A DNA stretch of 63,585 nt, the filler included, from Licmophora abbreviata (taxonomy: Eukaryota), in NCBI GenBank assembly GCA_900291995.1. It is 20 parts of 20 records of this genome, joined end to end, with 100 filler letters (N's around TTAATTAATTAA, not from the genome) between each part and the next. Parts side by side here need not be neighbours in the genome. Positions count along the whole stretch, not along the records: positions 47,275 to 50,296 come from OLMU01001182.1; positions 50,397 to 51,527 come from OLMU01001184.1; positions 51,628 to 54,137 come from OLMU01001186.1; positions 54,238 to 55,911 come from OLMU01001188.1; positions 56,012 to 58,039 come from OLMU01001190.1; positions 58,140 to 61,104 come from OLMU01001193.1; 14 more parts are not named here. One strand, written 5' to 3'. The first letter of the stretch is position 1, and every line of letters starts with the position of its first letter. Both the position numbers and the translations under genes were made by a program. This document shows positions 47,175 through 59,575 of the stretch, one piece after another. Below the pieces are notes generated by a model. It did not search any database. It was not told the DNA's origin and saw nothing but the letters and a program-made list of their open reading frames with translations.

Positions 47175-47600
47175 NNNNNNNNNNNNNNNNNNNNNNNNNN
47201 NNNNNNNNNNNNNNNNNNTTAATTAATTAANNNNNNNNNNNNNNNNNNNNNNNNNNNNNNNNNNNNNNNNNNNNGCGCGCGGGTCACGTCAGCAGCTCAA
47301 GTCCCGAGTCGGTGGGTGAGTCCCGATTGATGAGCCACTCGAGATGCGACGATGGTGCAATCAGTTGCCGATTTTGAGATTGCTCGGCGTTTACAAACAC
47401 GTTCAGTCAAGCATCGATGCAACACTGACAAGTGGTGCCGTCTAAGTGCTGCACCATGGCTAGAGATCTACGAGAGTGGTCAACCACTGAAGCAACAAAG
47501 AATTCGCATATATACCCATAATACTAACTCGAACGGGCGAACATACACACACATGTAGTACAAGAACACGAAGACATAACCGCCACATCATCGCCTTCGT

Positions 47601-49304
47601 CTAAGCTACTTGCTGCTCCATCGGCTCGGGTTTTGGAACCTTTCGTCGGCCAAATCCTGGAATGTGCAATCGCGAAAAGACGCGAAAGACTCTCCATCGC
47701 AGCAACCTCCAGAGGAATTGAGTACCGGGTCTTCCAAAGCCACCAAAGGCTCTCGAATGAAAGTTGATCATGGCCTTCTCGTACTGAATGTTGCGCAAGA
47801 CTGAAGTGGCAGCCTCCCAACCCCAGCGCTCGGCTTCGGTACGAGCCGACGTACCCATGGTTTCGCGAAACTTCTGATTTTGCAGTTGTTGAAGAGCAGT
47901 GACAAAGCCATCCGTATCGCCAGGCTCGACGAGATACCCAGTCTTGCCGTCATCAATCAAGTCGGGAATACCTCCAGCCTTGGCTCCAACTACCGGAACC
48001 CCACTGGCCATACTCTCCAAGACGACAAAGCCAAGAGTCTCCGAGTCGCTAGGCATGACAAAGGCATCAGCACTGGCAAACGCGCTGCTCAAGTCATCGC
48101 CACTGAGCTGCCCCGTAAAGACCGTTTTTGTTCCCTTGAAATGCTCTTGGAGTTCCTCTTCCTGCGGTCCTTTGCCTACAATACAGAGACGCGCATTGGG
48201 CATTTTCTGCATCATACCCTTGATGTCCTTCAACCTCTTTTCCGCTCCCAGACGTCCCACATAGACCATGAGGAAGTCGCTGGGGTTGTTATCGGACATT
48301 TTCTTGCGCATTTCTTCGGACCGAAAGTCGGGACGAAATCGTTCTGTATCAATCCCCTTGCGCCAAACATCAACACGGGGGATACCATTTTCCTCAAGTT
48401 CTTGCTTCATTTGAGGAGATGTGACAAGGGTCAGATCGGCTCTGGAGTGGACCCATCGAAGCATCTCCCAACAGATCTGTTCGATGCCAGGAATGAAGCT
48501 CAGGTAGTTCTTGCCGTAGCTGGGCAAGTGCGTGTGGTAACTCATGACTTTAAAGGGGATAAGCGGCAGATGCAAAGAACAAGGTCAGTCCAAAGAAAAT
48601 TCGACGGTTCTGCCGGTGCACGTCCGAATTTAGCAATGAAAGCACCTAGCACCTACCGAGGGGGACCTTCATCACACGAGCATAGAACAAAGCTGCAAAG
48701 AGCAAGAAGCCACTGCGAGCACGAAAATATAGAGGGTACAAGGACGTGAGCAAACAAGAGGCTTGGAATACTTTCAGCGGGCATACATCCGCGATCCACC
48801 AATGACGAAGCAGTGCGCCGGCCGTCAAGGCTAGTAGGGCACTTACGGACTGGTAACATGAATCAGATCTGGCTTGGACTTTTCAATGATCTGCGCTCCC
48901 TTCATTTCGGGGAGATCTATGCTAAGAGAGATCTGATTGTAGAGAGGAAAGGTGAAACCGAGTGTATGCTGGATCGGGTACCCAAAGGACTTTTTTGGAA
49001 GTTTCTTGGCGGGAGTGTGCGAGTCGACCGTGAGAATCTCGACATCGTCTCCCGCCTTCTGCATGAACTTGAGCATTTCCTTGAATCGATTCGCGTAGCC
49101 ACTGACGTGCGTGAAAGGGGTTGGCTCTACTATGAGACAGAGCTTGCGAGGGGCAGTCCTTCGCAAGGGGGGAGCGTCGTTGCTCGCCGCGGCAGCACTC
49201 ATTTTCAGCGGCGTTCGTCTCGCAATACTGACCCGGGACGACGTCGAAAAGGCACGGCAGCCAACGAGAGCCCAAACGGCAACAAAGAGAGTCAAAAACT
49301 TCAT
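47601..49304 (-). CDS. SQD2: Sulfoquinovosyltransferase (SQDG synthase, GT4), plastid-targeted; exons 49304-48847, 48712-48657, 48547-47601
   Basis: Motifs 'VEPTPFTHVSGYANRF', 'HVTSP|GF', 'VMSYHTHLPSY', 'YVGRLGAEK' and 'PSDSETLGFVVLESMASGVPVV'. Presequence 'GCRA-FST'. Confidence 0.93.
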
Positions 49305-49923
49305 CGCTGTTGACAAGAATCGTTTCCTGGCCCACAAAAGTAAACCACCAATGCGGTGTTCTTGACCACCGCGGTCTCCTCTCTGTCTTGTGCGTGTCTT
49401 GTCCATCAGTTGATTTCTCGTAGCCCGTGGTACAGACTCTACGTCAGGTTATTGAACTTTTTGGATCTGTCCTGAAACATGGCGGGAAACCTTGGCCGGC
49501 GGGCGCGAGGAACAAAATCGAGATTCTTCGCCCCTCGACCGCGAATCTTCTTCCACCGCCTCGCGAGCGAGACAACAACATCGATCGATAATCTTTTTGT
49601 TAGGAATGGCATTCTTCTGAGTTCTTAGCTCTTACGCTAGTCCACCCGCCCATGTACCTGGTACACTGTGTCAGGAAGACGGTGTGTCGTATGGTCTTCG
49701 TATGTGCAAGTGACATGTTTTTACATCCGAAAGCTCAAATGAAAATCTCAATAGGTCTAAGAAATACAGCGCCAATGTTTAGTAGATGAAAGACTTCTTC
49801 GTCTCCGTGTAGTATGACCTTTAGTCACTCAAAAGTCATCCTCAAAAGGAGGTTGTGTCCGAAAGAGCAGCCTCATGGCAAACCGCATCGACGTACACGC
49901 CCACATGTTGCGCTCCTCCTGAA

Positions 49924-50296
49924 TCAGCCTGCCCGTAAACTAGTAGAAGGTGCCGAAAAGGCCCCTTCACACCAGGACTCTCGCTTCAGCCACTCTTGTA
50001 CCCAGGTCCCCTCGTGCATGTCAAAGACACACGTTTCGTCTTTATCCTTTTGATCGGGGTGTGTCACCGTGCACGGAACATCCGGAAAACTAAAGGGCGG
50101 GGCCTTCATATCGTTGGGGTACCACCCCCCGGCCGGCACGTCTTTGTTGGTCTCGCCAGGATGCGTGGTGGTGACAAAAAAGCGAGCCCCCGAAGTCAAG
50201 ACATTGCAGACAAACTTCATTCCGAGTTTGAGAGGCAAATGCATGAGGGCATCGCGGACATGCACCAATTCGGCCGCCTGCAGTTGTCCCATGTCG
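49924..50296 (-). CDS. C-terminal fragment of a class I SAM-dependent methyltransferase-like protein
   Basis: 'ELVHVRDALMHL...SGARFFVTTTH...NKDV..GGWYPND..PPFSFP' resembles the 'DLI.CRD.L.HL...PPF' methyltransferase C-terminal pattern. Confidence 0.6.
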
Positions 50297-50701
50297 NNNN
50301 NNNNNNNNNNNNNNNNNNNNNNNNNNNNNNNNNNNNNNNNTTAATTAATTAANNNNNNNNNNNNNNNNNNNNNNNNNNNNNNNNNNNNNNNNNNNNGACG
50401 GAAGCGAAACTCTCACGAATTTGTTGTCGACGTGCACGCGTGGAGTAGAGGCCGGAGTACCAAACAATCACTGTATCAACAGCGCGTTATGTAAACCAAT
50501 GCTGGAACTTGGCCGCCGGCCGGCCTTTGGCATAAAAAAAAGATGCAAACATGCAAAAAAAATACAGGACCAGGTGCAAAATGCAAAATTCGTCCCTTCA
50601 TGATGTTGAGAAATGAGAACAGTGAGCGGTGGCGGTCTACGTCGTATTGCGTCCACAGTTCGTGTTCTCTCGTCACTGCTTAGAGCAGAGAGTCGTCCAC
50701 A

Positions 50702-51902
50702 ATGAGCGCAAAGGTAACCACTACTCCTAGAATCGCAGATCTTTCCCTCCGGCTCAAGCATCGTCTGGATGAAGACAGATAGTACGGCGCTTTCACCGAT
50801 GTGACAGCGGAGATCCTTCTGAAGCATGCCAAAATTGGTCGAATCGAGGCCACCATTATTGACCGACAGCGAATCCCGCACGGATACTTTCTCTCAGCTA
50901 TGGACGGTCACAGTGCAATGCTTCAGGCGGTCGGTTGCGCCTTCTACGAGCCAAAAATCGGTAGGACCAAACTGTGCTCCCTGGCGGACTACGACACTGA
51001 GTCCGATACCATGTACATTAGCTCCTTTCATATCGACGATGAGTACAAGAAGGACGGTGCATCAGACATCGGTGCCGCTGCGCTTTGTCAATTTCTGCAC
51101 CACCCTTTCATCAATGGGGATCTTCCCTCTGGAGTGTGGAGGGTATCTTCGATTGTCTACGATCTCGACCCCAGGGAGGCCATGTCCAAGGAGGAAAGGA
51201 CTGCGGAAGACGAGGAGAACAAGGAGGCTTCGTTAGATCTCCCGTGGGAACCAAAGCCAGAGACGGATGCAGATCGCGATGCCAAGGCCGAGAAGGAAGG
51301 TCGCGACGATGAACTAGCGCGGCAAGACGCGATCCAGTTTCTCAGAAACGGCTTCTTCCAAGACCCTGCCTTGGCTCGTCACCATGAGCAAAGGTGTCTC
51401 GTAGCATCCTATCGTCATTGGTCTCAAGCTACACCTATTCTATCGCATGCAGAGGCAGAGGCAATCCAGTTCTACGCTCCTCCTGCAACCCCGCCAGCGC
51501 CAAGAGGGAAAGATGCGGAGATACTCANNNNNNNNNNNNNNNNNNNNNNNNNNNNNNNNNNNNNNNNNNNNTTAATTAATTAANNNNNNNNNNNNNNNNN
51601 NNNNNNNNNNNNNNNNNNNNNNNNNNNTCTCGTGAAGAAGACATGCTCGAAGCACGAGACTCTTCAGTCCACAGAATTGGCTGGTCTCCTGGATAAGATC
51701 GCTTGTCTCGTTGCAGAGGGAGGCTCTGTCTCGCGATCCAATGCTCTCCATGCGACCTGTACGAATAATGACAAGTTGGTTTTGAGCGCCCTGCTACCTT
51801 GTCGGAAGAGAAACTGAGGAGTCCGACTTTATGGACTATCGTGAAGAAGACTCCCAGAACGCAATCATGCTCGGGGTCGATGATGACCCGGAAGACTACT
51901 AG
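50702..51902 (+). pseudogene. Probable pseudogene of an ankyrin-associated protein (in-frame TAG at 50780, broken 3' end), spanning a spacer
   Basis: ATG 50702 is in frame with the 50801 ORF but interrupted by TAG. After the spacer, an ankyrin-like 'SNALHATCTNND' is followed by a frame change into an acidic tail. Confidence 0.55.
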
Positions 51903-52178
51903 CACACACATGCTACTATCATAGATGGCTGCTGTGGGCCGGCTTATGCTCCGTTGATGCTTGCTAAGGAGGAAATCATTCCCGGAACAGGACTAGACTG
52001 CGGCTCCCCCATCACTTGTCGTCAAACTGCCCGTTAAACAATGGTACAATGACCGACTTTGGGCGAACAAACCGATACCGCTAGCACAGTACGAGCAACG
52101 TGCACCCAGCCCAGAAGACTAGTTTTCAGGGTGACTTAGCTTTACAAATACGACAAGAAAAACATACAAGTATCATCA

Positions 52179-54137
52179 TTACAGTCTCCCACTACTGCCA
52201 CCGAGGTCGTGACCGCTTGGAGGGTAGTGTTCTCGGTGTGTTTTCCGAGTCACCTGCGTCAGAGAGTTGCCCTGACTTGGATCACACATAGCGTCCTTAC
52301 CTCCCTGAATGTAGTAATTCAATATACGAGTCGTCGCGGGAGTCTCCGCTTCCACATGCGACTCTTCGTCGGTCGTTGCACGACGCGCTTGTAGCAAATG
52401 ATCCTTTACGTCGATAGCAAGCTTCTTTCCCAGTTCCACACCCCACTGGTCGAATGAGTTAATGTCCCACATGAAGCCCTGAACAGCAGTTCGATGTTCA
52501 TAAATAGCAAGCAGCTGTCCGGTAGCGTAGGCAGTAAGCTTTGGGAGTAGCAATGACATGCTCGGTCGATTTCCCTTGAAAGTCTTGTGCGGTATCAGTT
52601 CTTCCTTCACTCCTTCAGCTCGGACTTCTTCGGCCGTCTTCCCGGTAGCGAGGGCATCAGGTTGCGCGAAAAAGTTTGCCATGAGCTCGTCATGCGAAGA
52701 AAGATTCTCGTCGTCCAGACACAAGTCATGCTGACTCTGAACGAACCCGATGAAATCACAAGGCACTGGTTGACCCATATGTAGGAGCTGGTAAAACGAG
52801 TGTTGTCCGTTGGTGCCCGGCTCGCCAAAGTCGATCTCGCCAACAGGATAGTCCACCTCCACGCCGTATTTGGTCATGCACTTTCCATTCGATTCCATGT
52901 CAAGTTGTTGAATGTGAGAAGGGAGCTTCAACAAGGCTTCCGCATAGGGAAGCGTCGTTCTAGTGTTGTATCCTAGAAAGGACATGTTCCAAACACCCAA
53001 CAGCCCCATAATGACGGGAATGTTCTTGCCAAGCGGCGCCTCCATAAAGTGCTTGTCGATCGATTTTGCGCCCTGTGGTATGCAACGCACGAGGAAGTGA
53101 GTCGATCTGTTCGATGTTGTCAAACCCAAACATGCACGCAAGCTATGCACGCACGCACCTCCAGAAACTTTTCAAACAAATCGTAGCCGTACAAGAGACT
53201 AATAGGAACGGCACCCGCAGCACTGCACACACTGTATCGGCCACCGACCCAGTCCCAGAAACGAAAAAAGTAATTCTCCGTATCGATGCCAAACTCTTCC
53301 ACCTTGTCTTTTGCCGAAACGGATGCACACGCCACAAAGTGCTTTCGGACCACCTCCTTGTCATCGCCCATGAAATCCCACAGCCATTGTCGCATCGTTC
53401 TGGCGTTCAACATGGTCTCGGCGGTCGTAAACGTCTTGCTGACAATGACAATCAACGTCTCTTCGGGGTCCAGGTCGGCACAGGTTCGTTCGACATCCAC
53501 GGGGTCGACATTGGCCAAGAAGCGTAAACTATATCCCAACGCAGAATTGATGCCTTCCGGTTCCGTTTTCAAGACTTCATGAAGAAACTCGGGTCCCAAG
53601 TAGCTTCCACCAATCCCGACCGACACGATGTTGCGAATCCTCTTACCCGTGTATCCCCGTATTTCACCCGACCGCACACCATCTGTAAAGTACTTGATCT
53701 GATCCAAGACTTCGTGTACTTCCTGGATGACATCCATTCCGTCTACAAAGACGGTCCCTTCCAAGGATCGGTCCGCCCGAAGGGCAGTATGCAGTACAGC
53801 ACGCTCCTCGGTAAAGTTGATCTTTTCACCATGGACCATGTCATGGATCTTCTGTTGGAGTTTCTGTCGATCCGCTAGGTCCAACAATAGCTCCATGGTT
53901 TCTTGCGTCGCACGCTGTCTGGAATAATCCAAGTATACGCCATCATGTTCCGCAAACATTGCATCACTTCTCTCCGTATCTTGCAGTAAGTCCCGAAGAT
54001 GCGTCTGTCCAATGGTAGTTTCGGCATGCTTTTGCAAATTCTTCCACTCTTGTGTATTGCTCACCAATGGACTGTCCTGGTGACTACTACTTGTAGTAGT
54101 AGTACTCCTGTCGAATACAAGTTGTTGTTGTTGTTGT
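52179..54137 (-). CDS. GPI: Glucose-6-phosphate isomerase, 5'-truncated; intron 53073-53158
   Basis: Motifs '[15 protein letters not shown]', '[10 protein letters not shown]', 'SKTFTTAET', '[14 protein letters not shown]', '[10 protein letters not shown]', '[13 protein letters not shown]' and '[13 protein letters not shown]'. Confidence 0.97.
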
Positions 54138-54370
54138 NNNNNNNNNNNNNNNNNNNNNNNNNNNNNNNNNNNNNNNNNNNNTTAATTAATTAANNNNNNN
54201 NNNNNNNNNNNNNNNNNNNNNNNNNNNNNNNNNNNNNCGAGGGGTGAGGGATGGTGCAAGAGAGGACGCGATGGAAGAATCGCTCACAACAATCTGTCCG
54301 AGAGCAAATTTACTGCAGCTCAGCCAACTGGTAGAACAGGCCTGCAAGTCGAGAACAAGACAAGCGTCCC

Positions 54371-55911
54371 ATGTTTCCTTTCCTTCACCCCTCCGCTTTC
54401 TCCTCCTCCTCGCGTATTACGGAGGTAAGGCCGGGATCCTTGGTGCCGCGCAGTAGCAATCTGCTGCATGCACGAGAGCTCTTTCGTGAGCTCAAGAAGG
54501 AGCGTGGTCTTAGCTCAGGCTTTCATTTTGCATCGACCCAGAAAGCTCCGTGGACGCATGGTGTGGCGCCTCGACCTCGCACGCTGCTGCGAACCACATT
54601 GACGGATCTCATGTCGGAAGTCGGCATTATTCACAAAGACAAAGTCTTATTTGCCAAGACCATTGCTGAGCCGTGTCCTCTGGTGGGTATGCAACTGCTG
54701 GTAGAAGATTTATCGGATGAGTCAAGCACCATATTCTTGGCCCTCTACAATACCAATTTAAGTCGATCCACGCCAGTTGGCGTGTTGCGGGACGAGTTTC
54801 CAATCGGCACGTACATGGCGATTCTCCAGCCATATCCGCGGTTTGGTACAGACAATCCATCCCTCGATGTCATTCTGCGTTGTGACAATCCTCAATGTAT
54901 TGTCGTCTTTGAAAGTCAAACTGAATGTCAACTGGCAATGGATCACGGAGTGTGGCCCCGCACCGCACGTGAGCGAAGCTTGTCCAACGGCGATCAGGGG
55001 GGTCCGTCAACAAGCCTGCCTCGAGCAGATGAAGAAAGAGCGACCCAACTCTGTGAACAAGCCAATCATCTGTTTACGGGGGGCAAGTACAAAGGGGCAG
55101 TCCGCAAGTACGGGGAGGCACTCCTCTACCAACCGTCTCCAGAGCTTCGAGTCCGGATCATGAGCAATCGAGCAGGTAAGTCCGTACGTTGCCTGTGCAT
55201 GATAGACTTTCGGCGTTCCTTCGATCGATTAACGTTTCTCTGGTGCTACTCTACCATAGCCTCCCTTCTCAAGTTGCAGCGATACGAGGACGCTCTCGTC
55301 GATGCGAATGACGGTTTGCGCATCGACACGACGCATGTCCAACTTCGGTACCGGAAGATTACTGCCTTGCTCTACCTTCAACGACCAGTCGAGGCCAAGA
55401 CCGAGTGCGATGATGCACTTATTCTAGTTTTGTCTACCGCCGATAGGACCAATCAAGATGCGTTTCACGCGCTCTCCGAGGATGTTGATGTAGCCATTGA
55501 CGAGCAGCAAGGCTCGTTCGATTTGAGGGAAATGAAGAAGCAGGTAGGGAATGAGCCGAAACCCTTGTCGCGAAAGCACCAGGACTTTGTCTCTCCGGAT
55601 CTGCGTCTTCAATCCGCTGGCGATTTCAAGGGGCGTGGCTGGTTCATATCACGGTCTATTCAGCCTGGAGAACTTCTCTTGGCCGAGAAAGCGTACGCCT
55701 ATGCCGCTCGTGAACAAGACGCGGTCTCCTTTGAAATTGATATGTATTCACGTAGACTTAACGCAGGATCCCAGACTCACATGGTGAGTGAAACTGTTCA
55801 AACCCTCATTGCTTCACCCGCTACAGGGAAGGATTTGTACTCGTTGGCAGCCGGGAGCGAGTATTCCGATCCGGTGTCGCAGGAGGACATAGAGAAAGTA
55901 GATGTCATGAG
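54371..55911 (+). CDS. TPR + SET domain protein, 3'-truncated; in-frame intron 55176-55259
   Basis: TPR 'CEQANHLF..GKYKGAVRKYGEAL...SNRA|ASLLKLQRYEDALVDA' and SET start 'KGRGWFISRSIQPGELLLAEKA'. Confidence 0.8.
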
Positions 55912-56011
55912 NNNNNNNNNNNNNNNNNNNNNNNNNNNNNNNNNNNNNNNNNNNNTTAATTAATTAANNNNNNNNNNNNNNNNNNNNNNNNNNNNNNNNN
56001 NNNNNNNNNNN

Positions 56012-58039
56012 CAGATGGTCCCCGCCATGGCCGGCCTCGTCCAGAAACTCCTGGATCACGCCAGCGAGACTGTCCGTAAGAAGGCCATTGTCTGTCTGCA
56101 CCGCTTCCATCAGCTCAATCCAGACGTCGTTCCCGCCGAAGAGGTCTTGGAAAAGCTCCGCAAGACGCTCTGCGATCGCGATCCCAGCGTCATGGGGGCG
56201 TCCCTCAATGTCATTGAGTGCATGGGGCGCTCGCATGGAGTTGTCGCCATGAAGGATCTCATCCCCTCCCTCGTCAGTATTCTCAAACAGATTGGAGAAC
56301 ATCGACTGCCCACCGACTATGATTATCATCGTGTCCCGGCACCGTGGATGCAATGCAAGTTAGTGAGGGTCTTGGCCATGTTGGGAGAGAATGATGCGGC
56401 GGCCTCGTCCGGCATGTACGAGATTTTGCATGACACGTTGAAAAAGGCCGATGTTGGGATCAATGCGGGATATGCCGTCGTGTACGAATGCATTCGGACC
56501 ATTGTCCACATTTATCCCAACCCCACCCTGCTTGACTCCGCGGCGGATGCCATTAGTCGTTTCATTCAAAGCAAGTCGCACAATCTAAAGTACCTTGGTG
56601 TGACGGGATTGGCAGCCATTGTGGAGACGCATCCCCAATATGCAGTCGCGCATCAAGCTGCAGTTATGGACTGTTTGGAAGATACCGACGAGACTCTTCA
56701 GCGCAAGACGTTGGATCTCTTGTATCGCATGACGAACCCGGTCAATGTCGAATTCATTACGGAAAAGTTGTTGGACTTCTTGCGTGGCACCACCGACATG
56801 TTCTTGAAGGATGTCTTAACGACGCGTGTCTGCAGTGTCGCAGAGCGGTATGCTCCCAACAACGCGTGGTACATTCGAACCATTACGGAGCTCTTTGAAA
56901 TCAGTGGAGATATGGTGAATCCGAACGTTGCGCAGAATCTCATGACGCTCATTGCGGAAGGAACTGGTGAATCGGAAGAGGCAGACATGTTGTTGCGACA
57001 GAATGCTATTGAACTGTATGCGAAATTACTCAAGGAAAAACCTGCAGCCAAGCTGCCTCGATTGCTGTTGGAAACCATGGCGTGGTGTTTGGGAGAATAT
57101 GGATACCTCAGTGCCAGCTCGACCTTGGAAGAGATCCTGCTGCAACTGTGCCGGTTGAGCAAGACGACGATTCAGACGGCAGCTCCCACGACGCGCAAGT
57201 GCCTCGTAACGGCCATTATGAAGCTTGTGGCACAAGCCGGAGCTTGTCCTCCCCTCACTGCGGCAATCATTGATGACTTTGCGAGAAGCAGTGATGTAGA
57301 CTTGCAGCAGCGTTGTTTGGAATTTCAGCACTTGCTCACGACGGCGCCGCACGTGTTGGGCGATGTCCTTCCTGTGGATGCCAGTTGCGAAGATCTCGAA
57401 GTGGATGTGAATCTTTCCTTTTTGGATGGATATGTCCGCGAGGCCATGTCCAACGGTGCAAAGCCCTACGATAAGCCAGAGGACGATGACGACGACGATG
57501 ATCTGGCCTACGGAGCGTCTGCTGCTGCGGCCGCGTCTGCTTTCAAGATGACCCCGTACGAAAAGCCCCAGACGCCGTCTAACATGTCGCATTTGATGCG
57601 CGGTGTCGGCAGCGATGGAGCGTCGTCCGGACCTAACATTGCCTTGCCTCCTGGATCAGGTTACGGTGCGGCAGGTGGCAGCGGTGCTCCAATGACGTCA
57701 GATGTTACCGAGCCGAATAGTGGAGAGCCGACGCTCAATGTGCGCAACGTGGCGAATGTCTGGGGCAAGGGTGGGCTCAGCGCTGGTGCCGCTGCTCCCG
57801 CGCCAGCACCTGCGGCACCAGCGCCTACCTCCGGCTTCTATGCTGCCGGCAGTGCAGGTTCGTATGGGGGCTATGGTGCGTCTGCTCCAGCTGCACCATC
57901 CGTGCCCAACGAGCCACCGAAACCAAGGGAACTTACAGAGAAGGAACGAATGGCAGCGGCCCTCTTTAGCGGGCTTGTACCGGGCTCGGTGCCTCCGGCG
58001 GCACCCGCCCCGGCTGCCGCTGCCCCTCCACCGCCCCAG
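56012..58039 (+). CDS. AP4E1: AP-4 adaptor complex epsilon subunit (internal fragment)
   Basis: 'VRKKAIVCLHRF', 'LKQIGEHRLPTDYDYHRVPAPWMQ', 'NLKYLGVTGL', 'DETLQRKTLDLLYRMTN' and 'LPVDASCEDLEVD.NLSFLDGYV'. Confidence 0.9.
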
Positions 58040-58139
58040 NNNNNNNNNNNNNNNNNNNNNNNNNNNNNNNNNNNNNNNNNNNNTTAATTAATTAANNNNN
58101 NNNNNNNNNNNNNNNNNNNNNNNNNNNNNNNNNNNNNNN

Positions 58140-59183
58140 AGCAGCTGCTGCGGGAGAAGGTGCTGGAACAGAGGGGGAAGGCACCGGGGCGGTCTCTCGT
58201 TGTTGTCGTCCGTAGCGCTGCAAGAGCTGTCGGAACAGCATAAAGTCTGGAGTTGGAATCAGAACGTGGTCCTTGAACATTGATGCAATCGCCACGCCCA
58301 GGTGCTCGGACGGAATGGCATAGAAACCGTCTTGTTGTGCCTGAGCAGCTGAAGTAGTAGTTTCTGAATCTTGCCTCTTGATACCTATTGCAGCTTCAGT
58401 GCGGTCTTCGGCCAGTCTCCATTGTCTCCGAAAGGGTTCGAAACTGCTGACAGGTCCAGTCTGTGGGGAGCGATGGTGTTGCCCGTACCGATGTCGTTCG
58501 TTTGCAGGCGCTCCCACAGATGGAAAAGCATGCGCTTGACTTCCTCCAAGTGGTTGGCAGGGAGGGGCCGGGAGGATGGGATGTGGCGTTGGACGCAAGA
58601 GAGAAATCGAACGAAACACCGGAGGTGCCGCCCCGGCTGCGGCCTGGGCGTGTACAACGGAGACACTGTCCGTGCATTTTCCTGGATGAGGGGGAGGAGA
58701 GCCGGGGTCACCAGTACTAGACAAAGTGGTTGGCCTCAGGGGCAGACGACGTCTTTGCGGTGATCGCTGGCGGTTCCTGCTGTCTTTCTGAACGCCCGAG
58801 TCGGTGGGACGTCTATCTACCCCTACCCGACTAGATGCCTCACCCTGCGAATAACCGCCGTTTACGATTTCTTCTCCAGATGATAGCTTCCGTTTCTTCG
58901 ACCAGGAGGGCCGATGAGGACCATCCTCAGAGGAAGACCTTTCTTCTTCTGGGTCCTCGAACTGCCCATTCATCGCATCGTCGTCGTCGTCGGTGCCCCC
59001 TTTCAAATCGGCGATCCCGCCCTGCTCACCGACATTGATCGCCCTCCGGGCCGAGCGTGACTCGCCGGTTCCAGACTTCGCCAACAAGCCCATGTCGCTT
59101 CTTTTCAGCATGATGATGCCCTCGTGCGTTTCCGCAGCAGAAGTGACTGGATCCCGACTCTCCTGGATGATCATGCTTACCAT
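58140..59183 (-). CDS. Hypothetical low-complexity protein, 3'-truncated
   Basis: ATG-started ORF of ~348 aa running into a spacer, with NLS-like KKRK. No domain recognised. Confidence 0.5.
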
Positions 59184-59575
59184 GGAAGCAGATTGAGATG
59201 CTCTCCATCACTGACCACTAACAAACCAGATGTTATCCTCATGGTCACAGTCACACTTCGGAGTCCCCGGCGTTTAGCAAACTGGTCCCGGCCAGGACTG
59301 AAATCCATAAATAGAGGACCCAAGACCATCATACATCATTCAAAACACTTAATAATTGACTATATTCAATGATGCCATTATGGAGCCCTGCGAGCTCGCA
59401 AAAACCAAATCGCCATGCCGCTCGCCCGCGGAAACGTCTCGAGATGAACTCCCCCTCTTCCTATCTGATGCATAACTACGCCTGGTTGCATCTAAAGGTA
59501 CTATCTCATTGCTATTCTTCTTTTTACTGACCTTCAAAGTCTATGTGCTATTTTAAAAAGCAGTAGCATTTAACT

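Noticed and set aside
49924..50296. Methyltransferase fragment as a restriction-modification partner of the nuclease-like ORF at 33205
   Set aside because: It is about 16 kb and several gaps away, and lacks DNA methyltransferase motifs (DPPY/NPPY or PC) in the visible part.
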